Source: Eledone cirrhosa (lineage: Eukaryota). Taken from it: a stretch of DNA of 64,000 nt. Position 1 is the stretch's first letter; every line of letters begins with the position of its first letter. The notes under the pieces are model-generated. The model was not told the origin of the DNA. It made no database searches and saw only the letters and a program-made list of their open reading frames with translations. Positions 42,236 to 55,552 of the stretch are shown here, one piece after another. The DNA is taken from assembly GCA_964016885.1 (NCBI GenBank), contig OZ024741.1, positions 256,308,001 through 256,372,000 on the forward strand, written 5' to 3'. Position numbers and translations under genes: made by a program.

Positions 42236-43660
42236 GTTTCGCTTTACGAGTGTTTCGACTTACGAGTGTTTCGACATACGAGTGTTTCGGCTTACGAGTG
42301 TTTTGATTTACGAGTGTTTTGACTTACGGGTGCTTCGACTTACGCGTGTTTTGACTTACGAGTGTTTCGACTTACGAGTGTTTCGACTTACGAGTGTTTC
42401 GGCTTACGAGTGTTTTGACTTACGAGTGTTTTGACATACGAGTGTTTCGATACGATTGTTCTGACTTACGAGTGTTTCCGCTTACGAGTGTTTCGGCTTA
42501 CGAGTGTTTCGACTTACTAATGTTTTTACTTACGAGTGTTTCGGTGTACGAGTGTTTCGACTTAAGGATGTTTCGACTTACGAGTGTTTCGACTTACGAG
42601 TGTTTCGACTTACGAGTGTTTCGACTTACGAGTGTTTTGGCTTACGAATGTTTTGACTTACGGGTGTTTCGACTTACGAGTGTTTCGGCTTATGAGTGTT
42701 TCGACTTACGGGCGTTTCGACTTACGAGTGTTTCGACTTACGAGTGTTTTGGCTTACGAATGTTTTGACTTACGGGTGTTTCGACTTACGAGTGTTTCGA
42801 CTTATGAGTGTTTCGACTTACGAGTGTTTCGGCTTATGAGTGTTTCGACTTACGAGTGCTTCGGCTTACGAGTGTTTCGACTTACGAGTATTTCGGCTTA
42901 CGAGTGTTTCGACGTACGAATGTTTTGGGTTACGAGTGTTTCGGCTTATGAGTGTTTCGGCTTACGAGTGTTTCGACTTACGAGTGTTTCGGCTTACGAG
43001 TGTTTCAGTGTTTCGGCTTACGTGTGTTTCGACTTACGAGTGTTTCGACTTACGACTGTTTCGGCTTACGAGTGTTTCGGCTTACGAGTGTTTCGGCTTA
43101 CGAGTGTTTTGACTTACGATTGTTTGGCTTACGAGTGTTCTGACTTACGGGTGTTCTGACTTACGGGTGTTCCGACTTACGAGTGTTTCGGCTTATGAGG
43201 GTTTCGACTTACGAGTGTTTCGACTTACGAGTGTTTCGGCTTACGAGTGTTTCGACTTACGAGTGTTCTGACTTACGAGTGTTCTGACTTACGAGTGTTC
43301 TTACTTACGAGTGTTCCGACTTACGAGTGTTCCGACTTACGAGTGTTTCGGCTTACGAGTGTTTCGGCTTACGAGTGTTTCGACTTACGAATGTTTCGAC
43401 TTACGAGTGTTCCGACTTACGGGTGTTTCGACTTACGAGTGTTTTGGCTTACGGTGTTTCGGCTTACGAGTGTTTCGAGTTACGAGTGTTTTGACTTACA
43501 CGTGTTTTGACATACGAGTGTTTCGATACGAGTGTTCTGACTTACGAGTGTTCTGACTTACGAGTGTTCTGACTTACGAGTGTTCTGACTTACGAGTGTT
43601 CCGACTTTACGAGTGTTTCGGCTCACGAGTGTTTCGACTTACGAGTGTTTCGACTTACGA

Positions 43661-43729
43661 AAATAACAAATAGACGCGGTTTCAAATCTCTATGCTTTTC
43701 AAATTCATTACATTAATCTTTATTTATAC
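43661..43729 (+). repeat. 69-bp element, copy 24
   Basis: Matches copy 1. Confidence 0.96.
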
Positions 43730-45328
43730 GTTTCGCTTTACGAGTGTTTCGACTTACGAGTGTTTCGACATACGAGTGTTTCGGCTTACGAGTGTTTTGA
43801 TTTACGAGTGTTTTGACTTACGGGTGCTTCGACTTACGCGTGTTTTGACTTACGAGTGTTTCGACTTACGAGTGTTTCGACTTACGAGTGTTTCGGCTTA
43901 CGAGTGATTTGACTTACGAATGTTTTGACTTACGATTGTTTCGGCTTACGAGTGTTTCGACTTACGAGTGTTCTGATTACGAGTGTTCTGACTTACGGGT
44001 GTTCTGACTTACGAGTGTTCCGACTTACGAGTGTTTCGGCTTATGAGTGTTTCGACTTACGAGTGCTTCGACTTACGAGTGTTTCGGCTTACGGGTGTTT
44101 CGGCTTATGAGTGTTTCGGCTTATGAGTGTTTCGACTTACGAGTGTTTTGACTTACGGATGTTTTGACATACGAGTGTTTCGATACGATTGTTCTGACTT
44201 ACGAGTGTTTCCGCTTACGAGTGTTTCGGCTTACGAGTGTTTCGACTTACTAATGTTTTTACTTACGAGTGTTTCGGTGTACGAGTGTTTCGACTTAAGG
44301 ATGTTTCGACTTACGAGTGTTTCGGCTTATGAGTGTTTCGACTTACGAGTGCTTCGGCTTACGAGTGTTTCGACTTACGAGTATTTCGGCTTACGAGTGT
44401 TTCGACGTACGAATGTTTTGGCTTACGAGTGTTTCGGCTTATGAGTGTTTCGGCTTACGAGTGTTTCGACTTACGAGTGTTTCGGCTTACGAGTGTTTCA
44501 GTGTTTCGGCTTACGTGTGTTTCGACTTACGAGTGTTTCGACTTACGACTGTTTCGGCTTACGAGTGTTTCGGCTTACGAGTGTTTCGGCTTACGAGTGT
44601 TTTGACTTACGATTGTTTGGCTTACGAGTGTTCTGACTTACGGGTGTTATGACTTACGAGTGTTCCGACTTACGAGTGTTTCGGCTTATGAGGGTTTCGA
44701 CTTACGAGTGCTTCGGTTTACGAGTGTTTCGACTTACGAGTGTTTCGGCTTACGAGTGTTTCGACTTACGAGTGTTTCGACTTACGAGTGTTTTGACTTA
44801 CGGTGTTTCGGCTTACGAGTGTTTCGACATACGAGTGTTTTGACGTACGGGTGTTTCGACTTACGGGTCTTTCGACTTAAGAGTGTTTCGACTTACGAGC
44901 GCTTCGACTTACGAGTGTTTCGACTTACGAGTGTTTCGGCGTATGAGTGTTTTGACTTACGAGTGTTTCGACTTACGAGTGTTTCGACTTACGAGTGTTT
45001 CGAATTACGAGTGTTTCGACTTACGAGTGTTTTGACTTACGAGTGTTTTGACTTACGGTGTTTCTGCTTACGAGTGTTTCGACTTACGAGTGTTATGACT
45101 TACGGGTGTTTTGACATACGAGTGTTTCGACTTACGAGTGTTTTGACTTACGGGTGTTTTGACATACGAGTGTTTCGATACGAGTGTTCTGACTTAAGAG
45201 TGTTCTGACTTACGAGTGTTCTGACTTACGAGTGTTCTGACTTACGAGTGTTCTGACTTACGAGTGTTCCGACTTTACGAGTGTTTCGGCTCACGAGTGT
45301 TTCGGTTTACGAGTGTTTCGACTTACGA

Positions 45329-45397
45329 AAATAACAAATAGACGCGGTTTCAAATCTCTATGCTTTTCAAATTCATTACATTAATCTTTATTTATAC
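45329..45397 (+). repeat. 69-bp element, copy 25
   Basis: Matches copy 1; right flank GTTTCGCTCTACG, as copy 15. Confidence 0.96.
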
Positions 45398-47217
45398 GTT
45401 TCGCTCTACGAGTGTTTCGACTTACGAGTGTTTCGACATACGAGTGTTTCGGCTTACGAGTGTTTTGATTTACGAGTGTTTTGACTTACGGGTGCTTCAA
45501 CTTACGCGTGTTTCGACTTACGAGTGTTTCGACTTACGAGTGTTTCGACTTACGAGTGTTTCGGCTTACGAATGTTTTGACTTACGGTGTTTCGGCTTAC
45601 GAGTGTTTCGACTTACGAGTGTTCTGACTACGAGTGTTCTGACTTACGGGTGTTCTGACTTACGAGTGTTCCGACTTACGAGTGTTTCGGCTTATGAGTG
45701 TTTCGACTTACGAGTGCTTCGACTTACGAGTGTTTCGGCTTACGGGTGTTTCGACTTACGAATGTTTTTGCTTACGAGTGTTTCGGCTTATGAGTGTTTC
45801 GACTTACGAGTGTTTTGACTTACGGGTGTTTTAACATACGAGTGTTTCGATACGATTGTTCTGACTTACGAGTGTTTCCGCTTACGAGTGTTTCGGCTTA
45901 CGAGTGTTTCGACTTACTAATGTTTTTACTTACGAGTGTTTCGGTGTACGAGTGTTTCGACTTAAGGATGTTTCGACTTACGATTGTTTCGGCTTACGAG
46001 TGTTCTGACTACGAGTGTTCTGACTTACGGGTGTTCTGACTTACGAGTGTTCCGACTTACGAGTGTTTCGGCTTATGAGTGTTTCGACTTACGAGTGCTT
46101 CGACTTACGAGTGTTTCGGCTTACGGGTGTTTCGACTTACGAATGTTTTTGCTTACGAGTGTTTCGGCTTATGAGTGTTTCGACTTACGAGTGTTTTGAC
46201 TTACGGGTGTTTTGACATACGAGTGTTTCGACTTACGAGTATTTCGGCTTACGAGTCTTTCGACGTACGAATGTTTTGGCTTACGAGTGTTTCGGCTTAT
46301 GAGTGTTTCGGCTTACGAGTGTTTCGACTTACGAGTGTTTCGGCTTACGAGTGTTTCAGTGTTTCGGCTTACGAGTGTTTCGACTTACGAGTGTTTCGAC
46401 TTACGACTGTTTCCGCTTACGAGTGTTTCGGCTTACGAGTGTTTCGGCTTACGAGTGTTTTGACTTACGATTGTTTGGCTTACGAGTGTTCTGACTTACG
46501 GGTGTTTTGACTTACGATTGTTTGGCTTACGAGTGTTCTGACTTACGGGTGTTCTGACTTACGAGTGTTCCGACTTACGAGTGTTTCGGCTTATGAGGGT
46601 TTCGACTTACGAGTGCTTCGGCTTACGAGTGTTTCGACTTACGAGTGTTTCGGCTTACGAGTGTTTCGACTTACGAGTGTTTCGACTTACGAGTGTTTTG
46701 ACTTACGGTGTTTCGGCTTACGAGTGTTTCGACATACGAGTGTTTTGACGTACGGTTGTTTCGACTTACGGGTCTTTCGACTTACGAGTGTTTCGACTTA
46801 CGAGCGCTTCGACTTACGAGTGTTTCGACTTACGAGTGTTTCGGCGTATGAGTGTTTTGACTTACGAGTGTTTCGACTTACGAGTGTTTCGAATTACGAG
46901 TGTTTCGACTTACGAGTGTTTTGACTTACGAGTGTTTTGACTTACGGTGTTTGTGCTTACGAGTGTTTCGACTTACGAGTGTTATGACTTACGGGTGTTT
47001 TGACATACGAGTGTTTCGACTTACGAGTGTTTTGACTTACGGGTGTTTTGACATACGAGTGTTTCGATACGAGTGTTCTGACTTACGAGTGTTCTGACTT
47101 ACGAGTGTTCTGACTTACGAGTGTTCTGACTTACGAGTGTTCTGACTTACGAGTGTTCCGACTTTACGAGTGTTTCGGCTCACGAGTGTTTCGGCTTACA
47201 AGTGTTTCGACTTACGA

Positions 47218-47286
47218 AAATAACAAATAGACGCGGTTTCAAATCTCTATGCTTTTCAAATTCATTACATTAATCTTTATTTATAC
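47218..47286 (+). repeat. 69-bp element, copy 26
   Basis: Matches copy 1. Confidence 0.96.
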
Positions 47287-48966
47287 GTTTCGCTTTACGA
47301 GTGTTTCGACTTACGAGTGTTTCGACATACGAGTGTTTCGGCTTACGAGTGTTTTGATTTACGAGTGTTTTGACTTACGGGTGCTTCGACTTACGCGTGT
47401 TTCGACTTACGAGTGTTTCGACTTATGAGTGTTTCGACTTACGATTGTTTCGGCTTACGAGTGTTTCGACTTACGTGTGTTCTGACTACGAGTGTTCTGA
47501 CTTACGGGTGTTCTAACTTACGAGTGTTCCGACTTACGAGTGTTTCGGCTTATGAGTGTTTCGACTTACGAGTGCTTCGACTTACGAGTGTTTCGGCTTA
47601 CGGGTGTTTCGACTTACGAATGTTTTTGCTTACGAGTGTTTCGGCTTACGAGTGTTTCGGCTTATGAGTGTTTCGACTTACGAGTGTTTTGACTTACGGG
47701 TGTTTTGACATACGAGTGTTTCGATACGATTGTTCTGACTTACGAGTGTTTCCGCTTACGAGTGTTTCGGCTTACGAGTGTTTCGACTTACTAATGTTTT
47801 TACTTGCGAGTGTTTCGGTGTACGAGTGTTTCGACTTAAGGATGTTTCGACTTACGAGTGTTTCGACTTACGAGTGTTTCGACTTACGAGTGTTTCGACT
47901 TACGAGTGTTTTGGCTTACGAATGTTTTGACTTACGGGTGTTTCGACTTACGAGTGTTTCGGCTTATGAGTGTTTCGACTTACGGGCGTTTCGACTTACG
48001 GGTGTTTCGACTTACGAGTGTTTTGGCTTACGAATGTTTTGACTTACGGGTGTTTCGACTTACGAGTGTTTCGACTTATGAGTGTTTCGACTTACGAGTG
48101 TTTCGGCTTATGAGTGTTTCGACTTACGAGTGCTTCGGCTTACGAGTGTTTCGACTTACGAGTATTTCGGCTTACGAGTGTTTCGTCGTACGAATGTTTT
48201 GGCTTACGAGTGTTTCGGCTTATGAGTGTTTCGGCTTACGAGTGTTTCGACTTACGAGTGTTTCGGCTTACGAGTGTTTCAGTGTTTCGGCTTACGTGTG
48301 TTTCGACTTACGATTGTTTGGCTTACGAGTGTTCTGACTTACGAGTATTCTTACTTACGAGTGTTCCGACTTACGAGTGTTTCGGCTTACGAGTGTTTTG
48401 ACTTACGAGTGCTTCGGCTTACGAGTGTTTCGACTTACGAGTGTTTCGGCTTACGAGTGTTTCGACTTACGAGTGTTCTGACTTACGAGTGTTCTGACTT
48501 ACGAGTATTCTTACTTACGAGTGTTCCGACTTACGAGTGTTTCGGCTTACGAGTGTTTCGGCTTATGAGTGTTTCGACTTACGAGTGCTTCGGTTTACGA
48601 GTGTTTCGGCTTACGAGTGTTTTGACTTAAGGGTGTTTCGACTTACGAGTGTTTCGATACGAGTGTTTCGACTTACGAGTGTTTCGGCTTACGAGTGTTT
48701 CGACTTACGAGTGTTTCGACTTACGAGTGTTCCGATTTACGGGTGTTTCGACTTACGAGTGTTTTGGCTTACGGTGTTTCGACTTACGAGTGTTTCGAGT
48801 TAAGAGTGTTTTGACTTACGAGTGTTCTGATTTACGAGTGTTCTGACTTACGAGTGTTCTGACTTACGAGTGTTCTGACTTACGAGTGTTCTGACTTACG
48901 AGTGTTCCGACTTTACGAGTGTTTCGGCTCACGAGTGTTTCGGCTTACGAGTGTTTCGACTTACGA

Positions 48967-49035
48967 AAATAACAAATAGACGCGGTTTCAAATCTCTATG
49001 CTTTTCAAATTCATTACATTAATCTTTATTTATAC
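48967..49035 (+). repeat. 69-bp element, copy 27
   Basis: Matches copy 1. Confidence 0.96.
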
Positions 49036-52000
49036 GTTTCGCTTTACGAGTGTTTCGACTTACGAGTGTTTCGACATACGAGTGTTTCGACTTACGAATG
49101 TTTTTGCTTACGGGTGTTTCGACTTACGAATGTTTTTGCTTACGAGTGTTTCGGTTTACGAGTGTTCCGACTTACGAGTGTTCCGACTTACGAGTGTTTC
49201 GGCTTACGAGTGTTTCCGGCTTACGAGTGTTTCAACTTACAAGTGTTCTGACTTACGAGTGTTCTGATTTACGGATGTTTCGACACACGAGTGTTTCGAA
49301 TTACGAGTGTTTCGACTTACGAGTGTTTTGACTTACGGGTGTTTTGACATACGAGTGTTTCGATACGAGTGTTTCGACTTACGATTGTTCTGACTTACGA
49401 GTGTTCTGATTTATGGATGTTTCGACATACGAGTGTTTCGACTTACGAGTGTTTCGACTTATGAGTGTTTCGACTTACGAGTGTTTCGGCTTACGAGTGT
49501 TTCGACTTACGAGTGTTTTGACTTACGGTGTTTCGGCTTACGAGTGTTTCGACTTACGAGTGTTTTGACTTACGGGTGTTTTGACATACGAGTGTTTCGA
49601 TACGAGTGTTCTGACTTACGAGTGTTCTGACTTACGAGTGTTCTGATTTACGAGTGTTCTGATTTACGGATGTTTCGACATACGAGTGTTTCGACTTACG
49701 AGTGTTTCGACTTATGAGTGTTTCGACTTACGAGTGTTTCGGCTTACGAGTGTTTCGACTTACGAGTGTTTTGACTTACGGTGTTTCGGCTTACGAGTGT
49801 TTCGACTTACGAGTGTTTTGACTTACGGGTGTTTTGACATACGAGTGTTTCGAAACGAGTGTTCTGACTTACGAGTGTTCTGACTTACGAGTGTTTTGAC
49901 TTACGAGTGTTCTGACTTACGGGTGTTTCGACTTACGAGTATGTTTGGCTTACGAGTGTTTCGACTTACGAGTGTTTTGACTTACGAGTGTTCTGATTTA
50001 CGGATGTTTCGACATACGAGTGTTTCGACTTACGAGTGTTTCGACTTATGAGTGTTTCGACTTACGAGTGTTTCGGCTTACGAGTGTTTCGACTTACGAG
50101 TGTTTTGACTTACGGTGTTTCGGCTTACGAGTGTTTCGACTTACGAGTGTTTTGACTTACGGGTGTTTTGACATACGAGTGTTTCGATACGAGTGTTCTG
50201 ACTTACGAGTGTTCTGACTTACGAGTGTTTTGACTTACGAGTGTTCTGACTTACGAGTGTTCCGACTTACGAGTGTTCCGACTTACGAGTGTTTCGGCTT
50301 ACGAGTGTTTCCGGCTTACGAGTGTTTCGACTTCCGAGTGTTTTGACTTACGGTGTTTCGGCTTACGAGTGATTCGACTTACGAGTGTTTTGACTTACGG
50401 GTGATTTGACTTACGGGTGTTGTGAATTACGAGTGTTCCGATTTACGAGTGTTTTGACTTACGGTGTTTCGGCTTACGAGTGATTCGACTTACGAATGTT
50501 TTGACTTACGGGTGTTTCGGCTTGCGAGTGTTTCGACTTACGAGTGTTTCGGCTTATGGGTGTTTCGACTTACTAATGTTTTTACTTACGAGTGTTTCGG
50601 CGTACGAGTGTTTTGACTTACGAGTGTTTCGACTTACGAGTGTTTCGACTTACGAGTGTTTCGGCTTACGTGTGTTTCGACTTAAGAGTGTTCTGATTTA
50701 CGAGTGTTCTGACTTGCGGGTGTTCTGATTTACGAGTGTTCCGACTTACGAGTGTTTCGGCTTATTAGTGTTTCGACTTACGAGTGTTTCGGCTTACGAG
50801 TGTTTCGACTTATGGGTGTTTCGACTTACGAGTGTTTTTACTTACGGTGTTTCGGCTTACGAGTGTTTCGACATACGAGTGTTTTGACTTACGGGTGTTT
50901 CGACTTACGAGTGTTTTGACTTACGAATGTTTTGACTTACGGGTGTTTCGGCTTACGAGTGTTTCGACTTACGAGTGTTTCGGCTTACGAGTGTTTCGAC
51001 TTACTAATGTTCTTACTTACGAGTGTTTCGGCGTACGAGAGTTTTGACTTACGAGTGTTTCGACTTACGAGTGTTTCGACTTACGAGTGTTTTGACTTAC
51101 GAATGTTTTGACTTACGGGTGTTTCGGCTGACGAGTGTTTCGACTTACGAGTCTTTCGGCTTACGAGTGTTTCGACTTACTAATGTTTTTACTTACGAGT
51201 GTTTCGGCGTACGAGTGTTTCGACTTACGAGTGTTTCGACTTACGGGTGTTTTGACTTACGGGTGTTTCGGCTTACGAGTGTTTTGACTTACGAGTGTTT
51301 TGACTTAAGGGTGTTTCGACTTACGAGTATTTTTGGCTTACGAGTGTTTCGACTTACGAGTGTTTTGACTTACGAGTGTTCTGATTTACGGATGTTTCGA
51401 CATACGAGTGTTTCGACTTACGAGTGTTTCGACTTATGAGTGTTTCGACTTACGAGTGTTTCGACTTACGAGTGTTTCGACTTACGAGTGTTTCGACTTA
51501 CGAGTGTTTTGCCTTACGAATGTTTTGACTTACGGGTGTTTCGAATTACGAGTGTTTCGGCTTATGAGTGTTTCGACTTACGGGCGTTTCGACTTACGGG
51601 TGTTTCGACTTACGAGTGTTTTGGCTTACGAATGTTTTGACTTACGGGTGTTTCGAATTACGAGTGTTTCGGCTTATGAGTGTTTCGACTTACGGGCGTT
51701 TCGACTTACGGGTGTTTCGACTTACGAGTGTTTTGGCTTACGAGTGTTTCGACTTACTAATGTTTTTACTTACCAGTGTTTCGGTGTACGAATGTTTAGA
51801 CTTAAGGATGTTTCGACTTACGAGTGTTTCGACTTACGAGTGTTTCGGCTTACGTGAGTTTCGACTTACGAGTGTTTTTACTTACGGTGTTTCGGCTTAC
51901 GAGTGTTTCGACTTATGGGTGTTTCGACTTACGAGTGTTTTTACTTACGGTGTTTCGGCTTACGAGTGTTTCGACATACGAGTGTTTTGACTTACGGGTG

Positions 52001-53655
52001 TTTCGGCTTACGAGTGTTTCGACTGACGAGTGTTTCGGCTTACGAGTGTTTCGACTTACTAATGTTTTTACTTACGAGTGTTTCGGCGTACGAGAGTTTT
52101 GACTTACGAGTGTTTCGACTTACGAGTGATTTGATTTACGAATGTTTTGACTTACGGGTGTTTCGGCTTATGAGTGTTTCGACTTACGAGTCTTTCGGCT
52201 TACGAGTGTTTCGACTTACTAATGTTTTTACTTACGAGTGTTTCGGCGTACGAGTGTTTCGACTTACGAGTGTTTCGACTTACGGGTGTTTTGACTTATG
52301 GGTGTTTCGGCTTACGAGTGTTTCGACTTACGAGTGTTTTGACTTACGGGTGTTTCGACTTACGAGTATTTTTGGCTTACGAGTGTTTCGACTTACGAGT
52401 GTTTTGACTTACGAGTGTTCTGATTTACGGATGTTTCGACATACGAATGTTTCGACTTACGAGTGTTTCGACTTATGAGTGTTTCGACTTACGAGTGTTT
52501 CGGCTTACGAGTGTTTTGACTTACGAGTGTTTTGACTTACGGTGTTTCGGCTTACGAGTGTTTCGACTTACGATTGTTTTGACTTACGGGTGTTTTGACA
52601 TACGAGTGTTTCGATACGAGTGTTCTGACTTACGAGTGTTCTGACTTACGAGTGTTTTGACTTACGAGTGTTCTGACTTACGAGTGTTCCGACTTACGAG
52701 TGTTCCGACTTACGAGTGTTTCGGCTTACGAGTGTTTCCGGCCTACGAGTGTTTCGACTTCCGAGTGTTTTGACTTACGGTGTTTCGGCTTACGAGTGAT
52801 TCGACTTACGAGTGTTTTGACTTACGGGTGATTTGACTTACGGGTGTTGTGAATTACGAGTGTTCCGATTTACGAGTGTTTTGACTTACGGTGTTTCGGC
52901 TTGCGAGTGTTTCGACTTACGAGTGTTTCGGCTTATGGGTGTTTCGACTTACTAATGTTTTTACTTACGAGTGTTTCGGTGTACGAGTGTTTTGACTTAC
53001 GAGTGTTTCGACTTACGAGTGTTTCGACTTACGAGTGTTTCGGCTTACGTGAGTTTCGACTTAAGAGTGTTCTGATTTACGAGTGTTCTGACTTGCGGGT
53101 GTTCTGATTTACGAGTGTTCCGATTTACGAGTGTTTCGGCTTATTAGTGTTTCGACTTACGAGTGTTTCGGCTTACGAGTGTTTCGACTTATGGGTGTTT
53201 TGACTTACGAGTGTTTTTAATTACGGTGTTTCCGCTTACGAGTGTTTCGACATACGAGTGTTTTGACTTACGGGTGTTTCGACTACGAGTGTTTTGACTT
53301 ATGAATGTTTTGACTTACGGGTGTTTCGGCTTACGAGTGTTTCGACTTACGAGGGTTTCGGCTTACGAGTGTTTCGACTTACTAATGTTCTTACTTACGA
53401 GTGTTTCGCCGAACGAGAGTTTTGACTTACGAGTGTTTCGACTTACGAGTGTTTCGACTTACGAGTGTTTCGACTTACGGGTGTTTTGACATACGAGTGT
53501 TTCGATACGAGTGTTCTGACTTACGAGTGTTCTGACTTACGAGTGTTCTGACTTACGAGTGTTCTGACTTACGAGTGTTCTGACTTACGAGTGTTCCGAC
53601 TTTACGAGTGTTTCGGCTCACGAGTGTTTCGGCTTACAAGTGTTTCGACTTACGA

Positions 53656-53724
53656 AAATAACAAATAGACGCGGTTTCAAATCTCTATGCTTTTCAAATT
53701 CATTACATTAATCTTTATTTATAC
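53656..53724 (+). repeat. 69-bp element, copy 28
   Basis: Matches copy 1. Confidence 0.96.
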
Positions 53725-55483
53725 GTTTCGCTTTACGAGTGTTTCGACTTACGAGTGTTTCGACATACGAGTGTTTCGGCTTACGAGTGTTTTGATTTAC
53801 GAGTGTTTTGACTTACGGGTGCTTCGACTTACGCGTGTTTCGACTTACGAGTGTTTCGACTTATGAGTGTTTCGACTTACGATTGTTTCGGCTTACGAGT
53901 GTTTCGACTTACGTGTGTTCTGACTACGAGTGTTCTGACTTACGGGTGTTCTAACTTACGAGTGTTCCGACTTACGAGTGTTTCGGCTTATGAGTGTTTC
54001 GACTTACGAGTGCTTCGACTTACGAGTGTTTCGGCTTACGGGTGTTTCGACTTACGAATGTTTTTGCTTACGAGTGTTTCGGCTTACGAGTGTTTCGGCT
54101 TATGAGTGTTTCGACTTACGAGTGTTTTGACTTACGGGTGTTTTGACATACGAGTGTTTCGATACGATTGTTCTGACTTACGAGTGTTTCCGCTTACGAG
54201 TGTTTCGGCTTACGAGTGTTTCGACTTACTAATGTTTTTACTTGCGAGTGTTTCGGTGTACGAGTGTTTCGACTTAAGGATGTTTCGACTTACGAGTGTT
54301 TCGACTTACGAGTGTTTCGACTTACGAGTGTTTCGACTTACGAGTGTTTTGGCTTACGAATGTTTTGACTTACGGGTGTTTCGACTTACGAGTGTTTCGG
54401 CTTATGAGTGTTTCGACTTACGGGCGTTTCGACTTACGGGTGTTTCGACTTACGAGTGTTTTGGCTTACGAATGTTTTGACTTACGGGTGTTTCGACTTA
54501 CGAGTGTTTCGACTTATGAGTGTTTCGACTTACGAGTGTTTCGGCTTATGAGTGTTTCGACTTACGAGTGCTTCGGCTTACGAGTGTTTCGACTTACGAG
54601 TATTTCGGCTTACGAGTGTTTCGTCGTACGAATGTTTTGGCTTACGAGTGTTTCGGCTTATGAGTGTTTCGGCTTACGAGTGTTTCGACTTACGAGTGTT
54701 TCGGCTTACGAGTGTTTCAGTGTTTCGGCTTACGTGTGTTTCGACTTACGATTGTTTGGCTTACGAGTGTTCTGACTTACGAGTATTCTTACTTACGAGT
54801 GTTCCGACTTACGAGTGTTTCGGCTTACGAGTGTTTTGACTTACGATTGTTTGGCTTACGAGTGTTCTGACTTACGGGTGTTCTGACTTACGAGTGTTCC
54901 GACTTACGAGTGTTTCGGCTTATGAGGGTTTCGACTTACGAGTGCTTCGGCTTACGAGTGTTTCGACTTACGAGTGTTTCGGCTTACGAGTGTTTCGACT
55001 TACGAGTGTTCTGACTTACGAGTATTCTTACTTACGAGTGTTCCGACTTACGAGTGTTTCGGCTTACGAGTGTTTCGGCTTATGAGTGTTTCGACTTACG
55101 AGTGCTTCGGTTTACGAGTGTTTCGGCTTACGAGTGTTTTGACTTAAGGGTGTTTCGACTTACGAGTGTTTCGATACGAGTGTTTCGACTTACGAGTGTT
55201 TCGGCTTACGAGTGTTTCGACTTACGAGTGTTTCGACTTACGAGTGTTCCGATTTACGGGTGTTTCGACTTACGAGTGTTTTGGCTTACGGTGTTTCGAC
55301 TTACGAGTGTTTCGAGTTAAGAGTGTTTTGACTTACGAGTGTTCTGATTTACGAGTGTTCTGACTTACGAGTGTTCTGACTTACGAGTGTTCTGACTTAC
55401 GAGTGTTCTGACTTACGAGTGTTCCGACTTTACGAGTGTTTCGGCTCACGAGTGTTTCGGCTTACGAGTGTTTCGACTTACGA

Positions 55484-55552
55484 AAATAACAAATAGACGC
55501 GGTTTCAAATCTCTATGCTTTTCAAATTCATTACATTAATCTTTATTTATAC
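55484..55552 (+). repeat. 69-bp element, copy 29
   Basis: Matches copy 1. Confidence 0.96.

Larger units (their letters stand above)
28510..46599 (+). repeat. Higher-order repeat unit, about 18.1 kb, copy B (tandem to copy A)
   Basis: Same order of variant monomers and the same private 69-bp alleles as copy A. The offset steps through 17707, 17500, 17756, 18011, 18010, 18026 and 18090. Confidence 0.92.
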
